This document shows, in pieces, positions 49,129 to 60,138 of a DNA stretch of 64,000 nucleotides. The notes below the pieces were generated by a model, which saw only the letters and a list, made by a program, of their open reading frames with translations, was not told the origin of the DNA and did no database searches. The position numbers and the translations under genes are program-made. Every line of letters starts with the position of its first letter. Position 1 is the stretch's first letter. This DNA is from Nitrososphaerota archaeon (GTDB lineage Archaea > Thermoproteota > Nitrososphaeria_A > Caldarchaeales > Wolframiiraptoraceae), in the NCBI GenBank assembly GCA_021159365.1, contig JAGGRY010000001.1, forward strand, positions 7,543 through 71,542, given 5' to 3'.

Positions 49129-50382
49129 TTAGATCTCGTAGCTCCTTCCTTTTTCGGGTAAAATCGCTTCATAGCCGGCTTTTCTCGCAAATTCCGCCAA
49201 ATCTTTACATGAATCCTCTTCGCCGTGGATTACAAAGATCTTGGCATCGGGGTTAAATCGCTTTAAATATTCTCTGAGCTCGCTTCTCCCGGAGTGGGCG
49301 CTGAAGAGGAATTGCTCAACTCTGGCCTTCACCTTGACGTCCACTCCACCGTGAATCAGCTTTCCTTCTTCTAAGAGCCTCGCTCCAGGGGTTCCCGGAA
49401 TCTGGAAGCTCACGAGAAATATAGCTGAATAAGGGTCTTCAGCAACTCTTTCGGCGTAGAATACCGCTGGACCGCCCTTAAGCATTCCAGCTGGGCTGAT
49501 AATTACTCCAGGTCTCTCCGCGGCTCGTTTCCTCTTCCTTCTATCAGTTATTCTGGTTATGTGTTTGGATGCTGAGTATAGGAGCTGATATCCATCTATG
49601 TATTTACGGTTTTCGAGAAATAGGTCTAAGACTCTGACGGCCATGCCGTCTAAGGCCATGAAGTCTCTGAAGTTGTATGCTTCTAGAACGCACATGATCT
49701 CTTGAGATCTTGAGACCGCGAAGGCCGGAACTAAGACTCTTCCACCGGTCTCGACGACCTCTTTAACGCTTGAGACAAATCTTCTCTCAAGTTCTCGTCT
49801 CTCAGGATGCTCTACGAGAGCATAGGTGGCCTCAGTGATCACCGCATCGACATCCTTCGGCCCGGGATTTAATCCCCTTAATAGTCTCGTCTTCTTTAGG
49901 GAGTAGTCTCCGGTGTATAGCACGCTCTTATCGGCGTTTATGAGGACTTGTAGGCTTCCAGGAATATGGCCTGCATTTAGAAACGTTATCTCGGCGTCCT
50001 TAACCCTGATAGTCTCTCCATATTCGACTCTAATCCCCCTTCTAAGGAGTTCCTCGACCTCAAGAACCTCATATGGGATATAATATCCACTGAGCTTTAG
50101 AAAATCTCTTAGGAGAATATCGCAGAGCTTAAAGGTCATGTCGGTGGCGTAGATCTTAGCATCTCCATTGAGCATGAAAAGTGGAGCGGCTCCACTATGA
50201 TCTAGATGTGCGTGAGAGATTATGACGGCATCTAAGTCCTTTGTCGCGACATGGGCTGGAAAGAGGGGCTCAGGTTCTGAGAGCTTTACACCATAGTCTA
50301 GGAGTATTCGCGCTTCCCTAGTCTCGACTAGAATCGCGGCTCTACCGACCTCGCCCATAGCTCCAAGGAATCTGAGCCTCAA
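49129..50382 (-). CDS. metallo-beta-lactamase / beta-CASP family ribonuclease (aRNase J / aCPSF2-like)
   Basis: HAHLDHSG motif 2 and the beta-CASP arrangement, 417 aa. Confidence 0.7.
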   Translation of the reverse strand: MRLRFLGAMGEVGRAAILVETREARILLDYGVKLSEPEPLFPAHVATKDLDAVIISHAHLDHSGAAPLFMLNGDAKIYATDMTFKLCDILLRDFLKLSGYYIPYEVLEVEELLRRGIRVEYGETIRVKDAEITFLNAGHIPGSLQVLINADKSVLYTGDYSLKKTRLLRGLNPGPKDVDAVITEATYALVEHPERRELERRFVSSVKEVVETGGRVLVPAFAVSRSQEIMCVLEAYNFRDFMALDGMAVRVLDLFLENRKYIDGYQLLYSASKHITRITDRRKRKRAAERPGVIISPAGMLKGGPAVFYAERVAEDPYSAIFLVSFQIPGTPGARLLEEGKLIHGGVDVKVKARVEQFLFSAHSGRSELREYLKRFNPDAKIFVIHGEEDSCKDLAEFARKAGYEAILPEKGRSYEI

Positions 50383-50459
50383 GTTGCATCACGCTCTACC
50401 AGACCTAATTCTTGAGTATCAGTTGACATGATAAAGATTATTCCCTTTAAGGCTCTATT

Positions 50460-50831
50460 TCACGTCTTCAATCGGATTCCGATGAGTCCTGCTAGGAATA
50501 TCAGGATTCCTATGAGAATTACTCCCATTCCGATCAGATATGGATATATGAGTTCTGGGTGATAGAGTATGAGGAAGCCAAAGATGATCATTAAAGCCCC
50601 CACTGAGCATAAAGCTATTTGACCAAAGCTTCTCGGCAAGCTTATAGTTGCTTGTGATGGCTTAACTCTCTTACCTCTAAGAATCGCCATTAAGAGGAAG
50701 CCGACTCCCATTCCAACGGCTCCGCCGACATCGGGTCTTCCGAAAAGGAGACCTATTCCTCCGCCGATGAACATGCATGCGACGAAGACGAGGCCTGAGA
50801 TATCCTTACCTTTTTTCTCCTCTTCGCTCAT
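50460..50831 (-). CDS. small membrane protein
   Basis: 123 aa with 4 predicted TM helices. Confidence 0.35.
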   Translation of the reverse strand: MSEEEKKGKDISGLVFVACMFIGGGIGLLFGRPDVGGAVGMGVGFLLMAILRGKRVKPSQATISLPRSFGQIALCSVGALMIIFGFLILYHPELIYPYLIGMGVILIGILIFLAGLIGIRLKT

Positions 50832-50876
50832 TTCGTTTCAATAAAGATTCTGATGACAGATATATCTTGTCTTTTG

Positions 50877-52418
50877 TCAATTCTGGTTTATTACATTTGA
50901 GTCTATTCCCAATTCATGAAGAGTTTCGAGAAGCTTTGAGGCCAGGTCTCTTAGATACTTCGATCTAGAACTTATTATGTGGATTCTCTCATAACCTCCG
51001 GCTTTAAGCTGTTCAATCATGAGCTTGACCAAGTTCTCGGACGTCTCCTCGATCAGGGTTCTCGGATAATTCGTCTGAGAAAATGGATAGGTATACCTGA
51101 GCGGATCCGGAATCAAGCCATAGGGACTTCCATAATAGGCGATCTCAAAATCTTCCTCTCCAATAATCCTCTTAAGCTTCTCGAAGCTCATCTTTCTATT
51201 GAAGGGTATTAGGACTAGATTCTTTTCATGGCCCGGTAACTTAAAGTATCTCTCCATCAATCTTCTTTTAGCCCTTCTAATTCTCGGTCTCTTCAAGCTA
51301 AGTCCATTGAAGAGGTTTATTCCCCTCCTACTTGATAGGGGTGTGTGATCCTCCATGAACTTCAATAATTCTTCATTTTCCATAATCCATCTAAATGCTT
51401 GGTAAAGCCTTGGATGACTTCTCGCCCTGATCTCAAGCAACTCCATCAACCTACCATCTCTAATCGCCTGCTTGATCTCGCGGATCTCCTTAAAACATGT
51501 ATAGAGGTTATGTGTGGCGATTAGTCGTATTCTTTCATTCCTCTCCATCTCTTTAAGCTCATCTGGAGCTATATTCGAACAGACTGGACAATTACATGGA
51601 AAATAATCAATTCGATCTATTCTAAGAGTTCCAGTTGAGGTGATGTATCTTTCATCTTTGGCGTAGAGATAATAGCTCGCTGAGTCGAACATATCCACTC
51701 CGAGGGCGACTATGAATGGGAAGATCATGGGATGACCTGCTCCGAATAGATGTAGTGGTCTTCCAAGACCGGTAACCTTTCTGACGGTGTAAATCATCTC
51801 AAACAGTTTCTCAAACCTATAGCCCTCCATTAAGGGTGTTGGGCTCCCAAGGGCGTAAAGATCGAAGTCCATCTCCTTCTCTATCTCGGCGCATCTTTGA
51901 AGTAGATCTAGGTGGATTCCGCCTTGAATTGGAGCCGCCCAGAGGGCTCTTCTAGCACCTCTCTCCTTCAAGACATTCAGGGTTATCTCAACATTCTTCA
52001 AGGTCTTTTCAACAGTCTCTTCGGCTTTCTCCTTTCCGCAGATCCCAGTAGGTATGTCGAGCGGAACGGCGATATCGGTTCTGATTTCCTCCTCGAATAA
52101 AGCGATCTCTTCAGGCGTCGCCTCGACATCTCCATATTCTAGGACCTGATATCCGCCGCTATCCGTCATTATGATTCCATCGAAATCCAGTATTCTATGG
52201 ACTCCCTCTTCCAGCGCCTTCTCTCTAAGCCTCTTGAATATTATGTATGCGTTGGTTATCACGGCTTCAGCCCTTAAGTTTTCTTTCATCCATTTGGCCG
52301 AAATAGACTGAGTTATGGGGTTTATTACTGGGAGAAATAGCGGAGTTTCAGCCTGCTTATTCCTGATTTTAAGCCTTCCAATTCTGCCGAGCAGATCTTC
52401 GGCTAAGACCTCGAACAT
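50877..52418 (-). CDS. tgtA: archaeosine tRNA-guanine transglycosylase
   Basis: The TGT N-terminus (RIGRLKIRNKQAETPLFLPVINP), Zn site CNCPVC, 513 aa. Confidence 0.85.
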   Translation of the reverse strand: MFEVLAEDLLGRIGRLKIRNKQAETPLFLPVINPITQSISAKWMKENLRAEAVITNAYIIFKRLREKALEEGVHRILDFDGIIMTDSGGYQVLEYGDVEATPEEIALFEEEIRTDIAVPLDIPTGICGKEKAEETVEKTLKNVEITLNVLKERGARRALWAAPIQGGIHLDLLQRCAEIEKEMDFDLYALGSPTPLMEGYRFEKLFEMIYTVRKVTGLGRPLHLFGAGHPMIFPFIVALGVDMFDSASYYLYAKDERYITSTGTLRIDRIDYFPCNCPVCSNIAPDELKEMERNERIRLIATHNLYTCFKEIREIKQAIRDGRLMELLEIRARSHPRLYQAFRWIMENEELLKFMEDHTPLSSRRGINLFNGLSLKRPRIRRAKRRLMERYFKLPGHEKNLVLIPFNRKMSFEKLKRIIGEEDFEIAYYGSPYGLIPDPLRYTYPFSQTNYPRTLIEETSENLVKLMIEQLKAGGYERIHIISSRSKYLRDLASKLLETLHELGIDSNVINQN

Positions 52419-52514
52419 GCCTCAATCAACCCCTTAGAAAAGCATTTAACAAATCTTCCCGAAAAGCGAGTTAAGACTAATTAGGTTGATGGATTTGGAT
52501 GGCTTAGGAGCGAG

Positions 52515-53213
52515 TTGATGGAGACTGAAATAGTATTCGAACCAGGCTTGAAGGATTTCAAAGCTCCAGGATCCACTCTAATCGAGGGGCTTCCAGGAGT
52601 GGGCTTAGTGGCTAAAGGGGCTGTCGCCTATCTACTTGAGAGACTCGGCGGGAGAAGGATCTGCAGATTCTATTCACCATATTTCCCAACAGCCGGATAT
52701 ATTAGAGATGGTAGGCTTATTCCAAGCTTCGCGGACCTATACTTCGTCGAGAAGCCCAAGCCCCTGCTGCTCCTATATGGAAACTCTCAGCCCTCATCCT
52801 ACTACGGGCAGCATGAATTCTGCGATAAAATTCTTAAAGTGAGCCTAGGGATTGGAGTGAACTTCATTTTAACTCTCGGGGGATACGGTAGAGAGGATGT
52901 ATCTGAAAAGAGGAGGATTTACATATCTTCGACGAGACGTGAAATCATTAAGTCGGCGCTAGAGCGGATTGATGCAGAGGTTTATGATGGACAGATAATA
53001 GGCGCCGCTGGGCTCTTGATAACCCTTGCAGGGGACTTGGGAATAGATAATCTCTCGGTATTGGTTGAGGCCGGTGGAACCACGCCTGACTTCTACTCGG
53101 TTCGCAGGGCATTAGAGTCTGTCAATAAGCTCCTAGACTTGGGATTAGAGATCGGGGACATATACGCGATCTCAAAAACCTATGTAAACGCGGTTCAACG
53201 CTTTGAGTCATAA
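52515..53213 (+). CDS. PAC2-family (proteasome assembly chaperone-like) protein
   Basis: IEGLPGVGLVAKGAVAYL N-terminal signature, 232 aa. Confidence 0.5.
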   Translation: MMETEIVFEPGLKDFKAPGSTLIEGLPGVGLVAKGAVAYLLERLGGRRICRFYSPYFPTAGYIRDGRLIPSFADLYFVEKPKPLLLLYGNSQPSSYYGQHEFCDKILKVSLGIGVNFILTLGGYGREDVSEKRRIYISSTRREIIKSALERIDAEVYDGQIIGAAGLLITLAGDLGIDNLSVLVEAGGTTPDFYSVRRALESVNKLLDLGLEIGDIYAISKTYVNAVQRFES

Positions 53214-53231
53214 TTTGAAGAGGTGTAAAGG

Positions 53232-53924
53232 ATGAGTAAGACCTCGGCGAGGTCGCGTGGAATATATCTTGAGACCTTCTTTGGAACGGCTGAGATAGGC
53301 TTATTCGCGGTTCCAACCGAGAATATATGTTTAATCCCTCCGAGGCTTAAACTTAGGCAGAAGAGGCTCATACAAGAGGTTCTCGGAGTGAAGGCGATCT
53401 CAACAACTCTTGCTGGTTCAATACTTTTATCACCTATGGCCGCAGGGAACAGTAACGGTTTGATCTTATCAAAGATGGTTTTAGATGAGGAAATAGAGAA
53501 GATAAAGAAGTCTGCAGGTGATATCAACATAGGGCTTTTGGAGAGCAAGTATACGGCGGTTGGAAATCTTATCTTGGTGAATGATAAGGCAGCTCTCATA
53601 AGCACCATTCTCCCGAAAAAGGCTGAGAAGCTGATTCAAGATATCCTCGGAGTTGAGGTGATTAGAGGTAGGATAGCGAATAGAAGCTATGTCGGATCAT
53701 TGGCGATAGTAACGAATGAGGGTGGACTTGTATACGCTGGAGTATCGGAGGATGAGGAGAAATGGCTGAGCGAGATCTTCAAAGTAACCTTTCTCCCAGG
53801 AACTGTTAACGATGGAGTGAAGTTCGTTAGAAGTGGAATCATAGCGAATAGCAAGGGCGCGATTATAGGATCCGTTACGACAGGGCCGGAGATGATGACC
53901 ATATCGAGAGCGCTTGGAGTCTAG
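53232..53924 (+). CDS. eif6: translation initiation factor aIF-6
   Basis: A pentein fold with repeated G(N/S)xGL(I/L) motifs ([23 protein letters not shown]), 230 aa. Confidence 0.8.
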   Translation: MSKTSARSRGIYLETFFGTAEIGLFAVPTENICLIPPRLKLRQKRLIQEVLGVKAISTTLAGSILLSPMAAGNSNGLILSKMVLDEEIEKIKKSAGDINIGLLESKYTAVGNLILVNDKAALISTILPKKAEKLIQDILGVEVIRGRIANRSYVGSLAIVTNEGGLVYAGVSEDEEKWLSEIFKVTFLPGTVNDGVKFVRSGIIANSKGAIIGSVTTGPEMMTISRALGV

Positions 53925-54226
53925 AGATATAATTGGATGTGTGGGATTCCTCCAACCTTTATGACTGCTTTCTCAACTATGAAGCCTTTTCTCACAGCGT
54001 ATGAAATAGCCTTTTCGCCGAGCATATTCACGATCGTCGCCTGCTTAAGATATTTATCGAGATCATCTCTCGCTATCAGGACTCCCCCATAGAAGGATTG
54101 GCTGACCTCAATCGAGAACTGCTCATTTAGCTTAAGTCTCTTGCCTAACAGCTCCTCGTCGCATACGGCGAGAATGGTCTCGCCAGTCTTTGAGTGATGT
54201 AACTTGATCCAGAAGCGGTCGGTCAT
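53921..54226 (-). CDS. small conserved archaeal protein (DUF424-like)
   Basis: 101 aa. Its stop overlaps the eif6 stop region. No motif is assignable with confidence. Confidence 0.35.
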   Translation of the reverse strand: MTDRFWIKLHHSKTGETILAVCDEELLGKRLKLNEQFSIEVSQSFYGGVLIARDDLDKYLKQATIVNMLGEKAISYAVRKGFIVEKAVIKVGGIPHIQLYL

Positions 54227-54351
54227 CTCCTAATCCCCGCTCAGCGCCCCTCGATAATCATTGAATGAACTCGGATATAAGTGGATTTTTCGAAAATGGT
54301 CAAGTCCCGTGGTTATTAATCTAAATATGTTAATGATACAGTGATATTGGG

Positions 54352-55056
54352 ATGAAGGAGGCGCTCATGAATAAGATCGCCGGAGAGATAATCTTATCCC
54401 TAAGCCCGGGAACCGTGATGAGAAAGTGGAGAACCTTATTCAACCTTACTCAAAGCGAGGTAGCGAGACTGATGGGAATCTCATCCTCAGTTCTAAGCGA
54501 TTACGAGAATAATAGGAGGAAATCCCCTGGAACGAATTTCGTCAGGAGATTTGTAAGGGCCTTGATCGAGGCGGATATGAGGAGAGGTGGAGCGAATGTC
54601 AGGAGATATTCACTGCTCCATAGAGACCTGAGTTCAGCGGTCATAGATATGGCCGAGTTCGACTCCCCAAGAAGTGTTGGGGAGATGATAAGGCTGCTCG
54701 ATGCAGAGATCTTGGTGGGGGAGAAGTGGGTGAATTCCCCGCTTTATGGATACACTGTGATAGATAGCTTGAAGGCGATAAGATCCCTGGAAGCTCTTGA
54801 CTTCCTATACCTCTTCGGAAGAAACCCTATGAGAGCCATGATATTCACGGGAGTGAGCAGGGGGAGATCCCCGATGGTCGCCGCAAGACTATATCCAGTG
54901 AAACCTAAGATGATAGTGATTCATGGGCCAATAGATAAGGATCATGTAGATTCGCTCGCAATCGAGCTTGCGAGACTTGAAGATATATGCTTTGCTTTAA
55001 GCAGAGTTGGAAGCGTTGATGAATTGGTTGAGAGGCTTAGAGGGCTTCAGGAATGA
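54352..55056 (+). CDS. XRE-type HTH transcriptional regulator (COG2522-like)
   Basis: WRTLFNLTQSEVARLMGISSSVLSDYENNRR is a lambda-Cro/XRE HTH, followed by a C-terminal ~150-aa domain. Confidence 0.5.
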   Translation: MKEALMNKIAGEIILSLSPGTVMRKWRTLFNLTQSEVARLMGISSSVLSDYENNRRKSPGTNFVRRFVRALIEADMRRGGANVRRYSLLHRDLSSAVIDMAEFDSPRSVGEMIRLLDAEILVGEKWVNSPLYGYTVIDSLKAIRSLEALDFLYLFGRNPMRAMIFTGVSRGRSPMVAARLYPVKPKMIVIHGPIDKDHVDSLAIELARLEDICFALSRVGSVDELVERLRGLQE

Positions 55057-55088
55057 TCCCTTAATACAAGTCCAAACAATCTTTATCC

Positions 55089-56015
55089 ATGAACCCTGTC
55101 AAAGACATCAAAATATGGCCTGGAATGAAAGTCTCAGAACTATTAGCTCAATTCGAAGAGTCCGGAGGATTCGGAGCAAGATACCTCGGAATTGCTTTAA
55201 AGATTTTCCTAGAGATGCTGAGGGATGAAGAATGCTTTAGATTTTTATCGTTTGTAGCCGCGCCGATCGCGACTGGATTCAGGGGAGTTGTGGCCGAGGC
55301 GATTAAGCGGAAGATGTTTCACGCGATCATAACGACATGTGGAGCGCTTGATCATGATATAGCGAGATCCCTCAGCGAATACTATAATGGAGACTTCAGG
55401 CTCGACGACGCAAAGCTCAGAAGAGATGGATATCATAGGCTTGGAAGTGTGGTCATTCCACTCGAATCATATGGGCCGACGATCGAGAAGTTTGTCCAAG
55501 AATGTTTAGAGGAAGCTTATTCAAGCGGTGTTAGAGAAGTTGGAAGCTACGAAATCTCAAGGATGTTAGGCGAGAAGCTTGAAGATGAGAACAGCATACT
55601 CTACTTGGCCGCGAGAAATGGAGTGGAGATATTCGTTCCAGGAATCATGGATGGAGCCGTTGGAACTCAGCTCTGGCTATTCCAGCAGAAGAAGAGAGAC
55701 TTCAGATTAAATCTATTCAAGGATTCCGAGAGATTATCTGAGATCGTGTTCAAGGCCAAGAGGACTGGAGCCATTATGATCGGTGGAGGAATATCAAAAC
55801 ATCACACTCTTTGGTGGAATCAATTTAAAGATGGATTGGATTACGCGATCTACATCACAACGGCATGCGAATACGATGGAAGTTTAAGCGGGGCGTTGGT
55901 CAGTGAAGCTGTTTCATGGGGTAAGGTCAAGCTTGAGGCGAGGAAGGTGACTGTTCACGGCGATGCGACAATAATATTTCCGATCCTGTTAGCCTCGATT
56001 CTCGACAAACTCTAG
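55089..56015 (+). CDS. dys: deoxyhypusine synthase
   Basis: MIGGGISKHH matches the DHS GGGxxKH NAD/spermidine site, 308 aa. Confidence 0.65.
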   Translation: MNPVKDIKIWPGMKVSELLAQFEESGGFGARYLGIALKIFLEMLRDEECFRFLSFVAAPIATGFRGVVAEAIKRKMFHAIITTCGALDHDIARSLSEYYNGDFRLDDAKLRRDGYHRLGSVVIPLESYGPTIEKFVQECLEEAYSSGVREVGSYEISRMLGEKLEDENSILYLAARNGVEIFVPGIMDGAVGTQLWLFQQKKRDFRLNLFKDSERLSEIVFKAKRTGAIMIGGGISKHHTLWWNQFKDGLDYAIYITTACEYDGSLSGALVSEAVSWGKVKLEARKVTVHGDATIIFPILLASILDKL

Positions 56016-56022
56016 GCTATCT

Positions 56023-56463
56023 TCACCTATTCACTACTTTCTGCTCCTTGATGAACTGTAGATGGAGGATCCCATTGACGTAGGATCTCTTCAAGATCTT
56101 GACCGGATACGGCAGCTTAACAGTCTTCTTAAATCCCTTTCCACCTCTTATCAAGAGCTTCCTACCTAAGATCTTAACGGAGACCTCTTCTTCCGGACCC
56201 GGGACTTGAGCTGTGAGGATGAGTAGATCTCCATTCTCAACCAATTCAAGCGGATATTCGATCTTTGGTCTGTAGGTTTTTAACGCCTTCCTGACCTCCT
56301 TAAACCAGTAAAGTCCGAGTAAGGCTATGATGCCTATTAAGATTAATCCTAGAATCCCTCTTCCAAGTCTTAACATCAGGGAGAAGAGTATGAGCAATAG
56401 TAGGGTTGCAAGTATTCCTAGGATAAGCTTCGAGACTTCCTCGACGTGACCCTCTCCCTTCAC
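56023..56463 (-). CDS. membrane-anchored Hsp20/alpha-crystallin-like protein
   Basis: Two N-terminal TM helices and a C-terminal beta-rich ACD-like segment (LLILTAQVPGPEEEVSVKILGRKLLIRG). Confidence 0.4.
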   Translation of the reverse strand: MKGEGHVEEVSKLILGILATLLLLILFSLMLRLGRGILGLILIGIIALLGLYWFKEVRKALKTYRPKIEYPLELVENGDLLILTAQVPGPEEEVSVKILGRKLLIRGGKGFKKTVKLPYPVKILKRSYVNGILHLQFIKEQKVVNR

Positions 56464-56503
56464 TCTTCCCCAATAGTCTCGGTTCTCAGGGATCTTTTAA
56501 GAA

Positions 56504-59275
56504 TTAACCGCTTGAGATCCTGATATAATGTAATTCTACGACCCCCTTCTCCGAGAATATGGAGCCGACGTTAACCGTGTTATTAAGTCTCCAGACCAGC
56601 ACCCTATCCAACCCTTTTCCAACAACCCATGAGCTTATGAACCTGCTTAACCCCTCTCTGAGAAGCTCAGGAGACCTATAAGTTATGTTTCCCTCCATGA
56701 AGATTAGATTTGCGTTTATCTTCTCTGGATATACGATTCTGAGCTTAAAGTCCTTCAAGATGTTTATGGTGAGGTTATAGAGATCGACTCTAGCGATTGT
56801 GGGCGCACCTCCAGTCAAGCTCTTCAAAAACGAGTTGAAGGATTCCTCAGGAGTGGATCCTAAGCCTATGAAGTATTTTCCCGTAAATTCGGCGCCGACC
56901 GTGGCTATAGTTCCAAGTTGGGCGACCACGCCTCCAGCAGGCGATGTATAGACTGGAATCACGTAGACGAGATAATCTCCTATTTGATAGAGGATGGTCT
57001 CACCTATTCTAGGATTCTCCAAGAGAGTTCTGAGCTTTCTAAATTCCGCGAATCTCTCCAAAGCCTCCCTGGCGGCAGAGGGGCCTAGAAGTTTTACCTC
57101 TGATCCTATTGGAACCTTATAGAAGATTTTTTCTCCAAGATTTGGGTAATCGTTCCTGACGATCATGAATCCAGCTAGATTTCTTCCAGGAGAACCTCTT
57201 AATTGAAGTGATAGGAGTCCGATGAACTCCGGTCTCTCAAATTTTGGAGGCTGAGCAATTATGTAATATACATGGACTCCTTTAGGTATCTCATAGAATT
57301 CTCTCGCTTGAATATAGGTTGCCGGATCTTCAATGTGATATATGTTGAACATCTCGACTTGATATTCGAAGACTTCTTCGGGGAACCTCATCTGATATTT
57401 GAGCCAGTCTGGAAATTCCTTGATTAACAGGTCTGGATAGGCATTCTTTATGAGCTTGCTGACGAAGTCATTTCCGGTTATCAATAACTTTATCTCTCCA
57501 TCATAAACATCTATCAAGGAATAGCCTATGAATCGGATGAGTTCATGACCCTTACTCCATGGAACCTTACTTGCATCGAGTCTGATTATCAGCGGCATGA
57601 GCCAATAAGTCCTATTCCCATCAGTTACCGGGAACATGTCAACATATCTTCCTCTCCAGATGTAGGTGAAGTAGGGGAGGATTAACTCCAATCTATCATA
57701 TACGTCTCGATATCTGATGATTCTAACTTGTTTATCGGGATATGAGAGAAAGAAGGTGACATCGAAGAACCAAGTCATCGGAGGCGAGACAACTATTCCC
57801 CCGTTTCCATGATAGCCGACTCCAGTCACCTCGTCGCTCTTCTCTTTTCCTAAGATTATCGCAGCCCACGTGGTGTCAAATAATCCTCCTTCACCGTAAT
57901 AGATCCTCCTCTGTTTGAAGAATATCGATGGATTTATTATTGTTCCATTGTTTGCGTCAAGTAGTAGGAACCCGCTGGGAACGTGAGTGTATACGAGGTG
58001 CTCGTTATACCAGATATCGGCTGGAGGAATCCCGCTTGGCAGGACTGGTTTCATTGATGCGCTCCAGTAAAGTCTGTTCCTAAATCGCAGAATGTCTGAG
58101 TCTTCGAAGTCTATATATGGTATCAAGCCTATCTCCGGCTTAAGCTTCGTGAAGGCTGCATCCCAATCCCAAAGTCTGACTGTTTGAAGATCCCTGTAAA
58201 TCCTTGAGAGCTGGGATGAGTTCAATGTGCCGGTTTTCGCGGTAAAATTATAGATAAATGTTTTGATATCGTCTATATCTGCGAGATATCTGTTCACGGC
58301 GATCTCTTGTTTAACGTATGGGCCAAGCCACTCAACTTTCCTTGCGTCCGCTATGCTGTTTTGGATGGATGCTACCGCGAATATTGTTAATAGTATTAGG
58401 ATTATTGCTCCGGCCTTAATCGTATATGCGTAGATGAATCCAGTTTTAGTCTTATCGAGATATACGAATAGGATCATTATCGCGGAGATGATGAATGCCC
58501 CGATTACGAAGATCCTAGTGTTATAGTCTATATAGTTTGGGAAGAATAGGTTAAACCCGGTCCAAGCAACTCCTATCGCTATTAAGGCCTCGATGGTCTC
58601 TATCGGGATCCTGAGGAACCCCGTCCTCAAATAATTCACGATCGATTCTGAGGTCGCCTTAATGAGAATAGTTAAGCCCACTAAGAGTATCAGTCTGAGT
58701 CCGAATGCCGAGAGGAGCGGTGGAAATAATATTGTTAGGGCTGGAATCGAGGATATCACGATCGTCGCCGGAGTCACATCATTAATGCTTATTGGAAGAA
58801 ATGATAGGCTCATCACCCTTGGTATATTAGTTAATCCGAGATCGACTCCACTTAAGGCGGCGATAACGCCCATTCCGAAGATACTGTTTGAGAGTAGTAT
58901 GGCTCCGATCAAGGTTTTCGTGGCCTGCCATGCTAAAAACTTGCCAAGGCTCATCTGATATGCTGAGTAGTCGAGATCCCTCAGCTCGATGTATCCAGCT
59001 CTGCGATAAAATTTTACGAATAACTTGAGAAACCAAAAGGTCAACGAGTTCCTCTTCTTAAAATTGAATCTGAAAAATGCTATGAAGGAGAGTATGAATC
59101 CGCCGATCAGCGAGAAATAGAATGGTCTTATGAATAAGTCTCCGAACTCCCAGAGATTTAGAGTGAACCAGACGCTTTGAGATATAGAGACTATAATCAT
59201 GATTATAGCTAAGATCGCTATGAAAACGTATAGAATGGGTCTCCTCGAATTTCTGCGCCGCAACTCGGACACCAA
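56504..59275 (-). CDS. UPF0182-family large membrane protein
   Basis: 923 aa. The N-terminal ~300 aa hold about 7 TM helices, followed by a large soluble domain. The architecture is typical of UPF0182. Confidence 0.5.
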   Translation of the reverse strand: MVSELRRRNSRRPILYVFIAILAIIMIIVSISQSVWFTLNLWEFGDLFIRPFYFSLIGGFILSFIAFFRFNFKKRNSLTFWFLKLFVKFYRRAGYIELRDLDYSAYQMSLGKFLAWQATKTLIGAILLSNSIFGMGVIAALSGVDLGLTNIPRVMSLSFLPISINDVTPATIVISSIPALTILFPPLLSAFGLRLILLVGLTILIKATSESIVNYLRTGFLRIPIETIEALIAIGVAWTGFNLFFPNYIDYNTRIFVIGAFIISAIMILFVYLDKTKTGFIYAYTIKAGAIILILLTIFAVASIQNSIADARKVEWLGPYVKQEIAVNRYLADIDDIKTFIYNFTAKTGTLNSSQLSRIYRDLQTVRLWDWDAAFTKLKPEIGLIPYIDFEDSDILRFRNRLYWSASMKPVLPSGIPPADIWYNEHLVYTHVPSGFLLLDANNGTIINPSIFFKQRRIYYGEGGLFDTTWAAIILGKEKSDEVTGVGYHGNGGIVVSPPMTWFFDVTFFLSYPDKQVRIIRYRDVYDRLELILPYFTYIWRGRYVDMFPVTDGNRTYWLMPLIIRLDASKVPWSKGHELIRFIGYSLIDVYDGEIKLLITGNDFVSKLIKNAYPDLLIKEFPDWLKYQMRFPEEVFEYQVEMFNIYHIEDPATYIQAREFYEIPKGVHVYYIIAQPPKFERPEFIGLLSLQLRGSPGRNLAGFMIVRNDYPNLGEKIFYKVPIGSEVKLLGPSAAREALERFAEFRKLRTLLENPRIGETILYQIGDYLVYVIPVYTSPAGGVVAQLGTIATVGAEFTGKYFIGLGSTPEESFNSFLKSLTGGAPTIARVDLYNLTINILKDFKLRIVYPEKINANLIFMEGNITYRSPELLREGLSRFISSWVVGKGLDRVLVWRLNNTVNVGSIFSEKGVVELHYIRISSG

Positions 59276-59288
59276 CCCTTACATCTAT

Positions 59289-60059
59289 CTACCCCTTAAA
59301 CGGTTTAGCATCCTTCCAGAGATAATCGAAGTATATTTTAGCTATTCTAGCGAGGGCTACGTGATCTGACCAAATCGCGATGCTGGGAGCTTCACTCTCT
59401 TCAGTTCCCAGAATTATTATTGCCTCCTTTGAGTCCGAGATCGCTCCTCCGCCGAACATTTGATCTCTAAATCTGATCTCCGCTACTCCTTCGAGTTTTT
59501 TAGCGAGATTCAGGTCGCATGAGCTCGATAACATGACCTTAATTTTACCACCTTTATTAGCTATCAAAGCTAATGAAGGGAAGATAAGGTTCAGGAGGTC
59601 TTCATTCATCCATGGAGCGGCTATCTGCAATTCGCTTTCACATCCAAGTATGAGATCTCTTATCTTTGAAAGTATGTTCGTCTCACCTTTAAGAATCCAT
59701 ATGTCCTTTTTCTCTTTCCCTCCAGTCCGCTGATAAATTGGTAACAGTTCGGCTAATGCCATCTCCTCATACCGTTTAAGCTCACTCTCAATCCTCATCC
59801 TATTGATGTCTAAGGCGATCTTTGGCGGTCTGGCATGGAACTTCGCCGGTCTTCCGCCCTCACTTCTAATCCATCCTTTCTTCTCCAAGTTTTCTAGAAC
59901 ATCATAAATCTTTGAGTATGGGACTCCAGCAACCTCGCTCAATTCGCTTGCCGTGAGCTTTCCAGCTTTAAGTAGAGAGATGTAAGCCCTCATCTCATAA
60001 TCTGTTAAGCCGAGGTTATGGAGAGCTCTTCTAAGTTTTTCTTCAACATTGATCGTCAT
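59289..60059 (-). CDS. TrmB-family transcriptional regulator
   Basis: An N-terminal wHTH (MRAYISLLKAGKLTASELSEVAGVPYSKIYDVLENLEKKGWI) and a C-terminal TrmB-like domain. Confidence 0.65.
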   Translation of the reverse strand: MTINVEEKLRRALHNLGLTDYEMRAYISLLKAGKLTASELSEVAGVPYSKIYDVLENLEKKGWIRSEGGRPAKFHARPPKIALDINRMRIESELKRYEEMALAELLPIYQRTGGKEKKDIWILKGETNILSKIRDLILGCESELQIAAPWMNEDLLNLIFPSLALIANKGGKIKVMLSSSCDLNLAKKLEGVAEIRFRDQMFGGGAISDSKEAIIILGTEESEAPSIAIWSDHVALARIAKIYFDYLWKDAKPFKG

Positions 60060-60138
60060 TACGTTTAAGAGTATATACTACTGCTATATCAAATTATGTT
60101 TTAGCTTGAGCCTCAAAAAAGGTGGAGTTTATGAAGGT

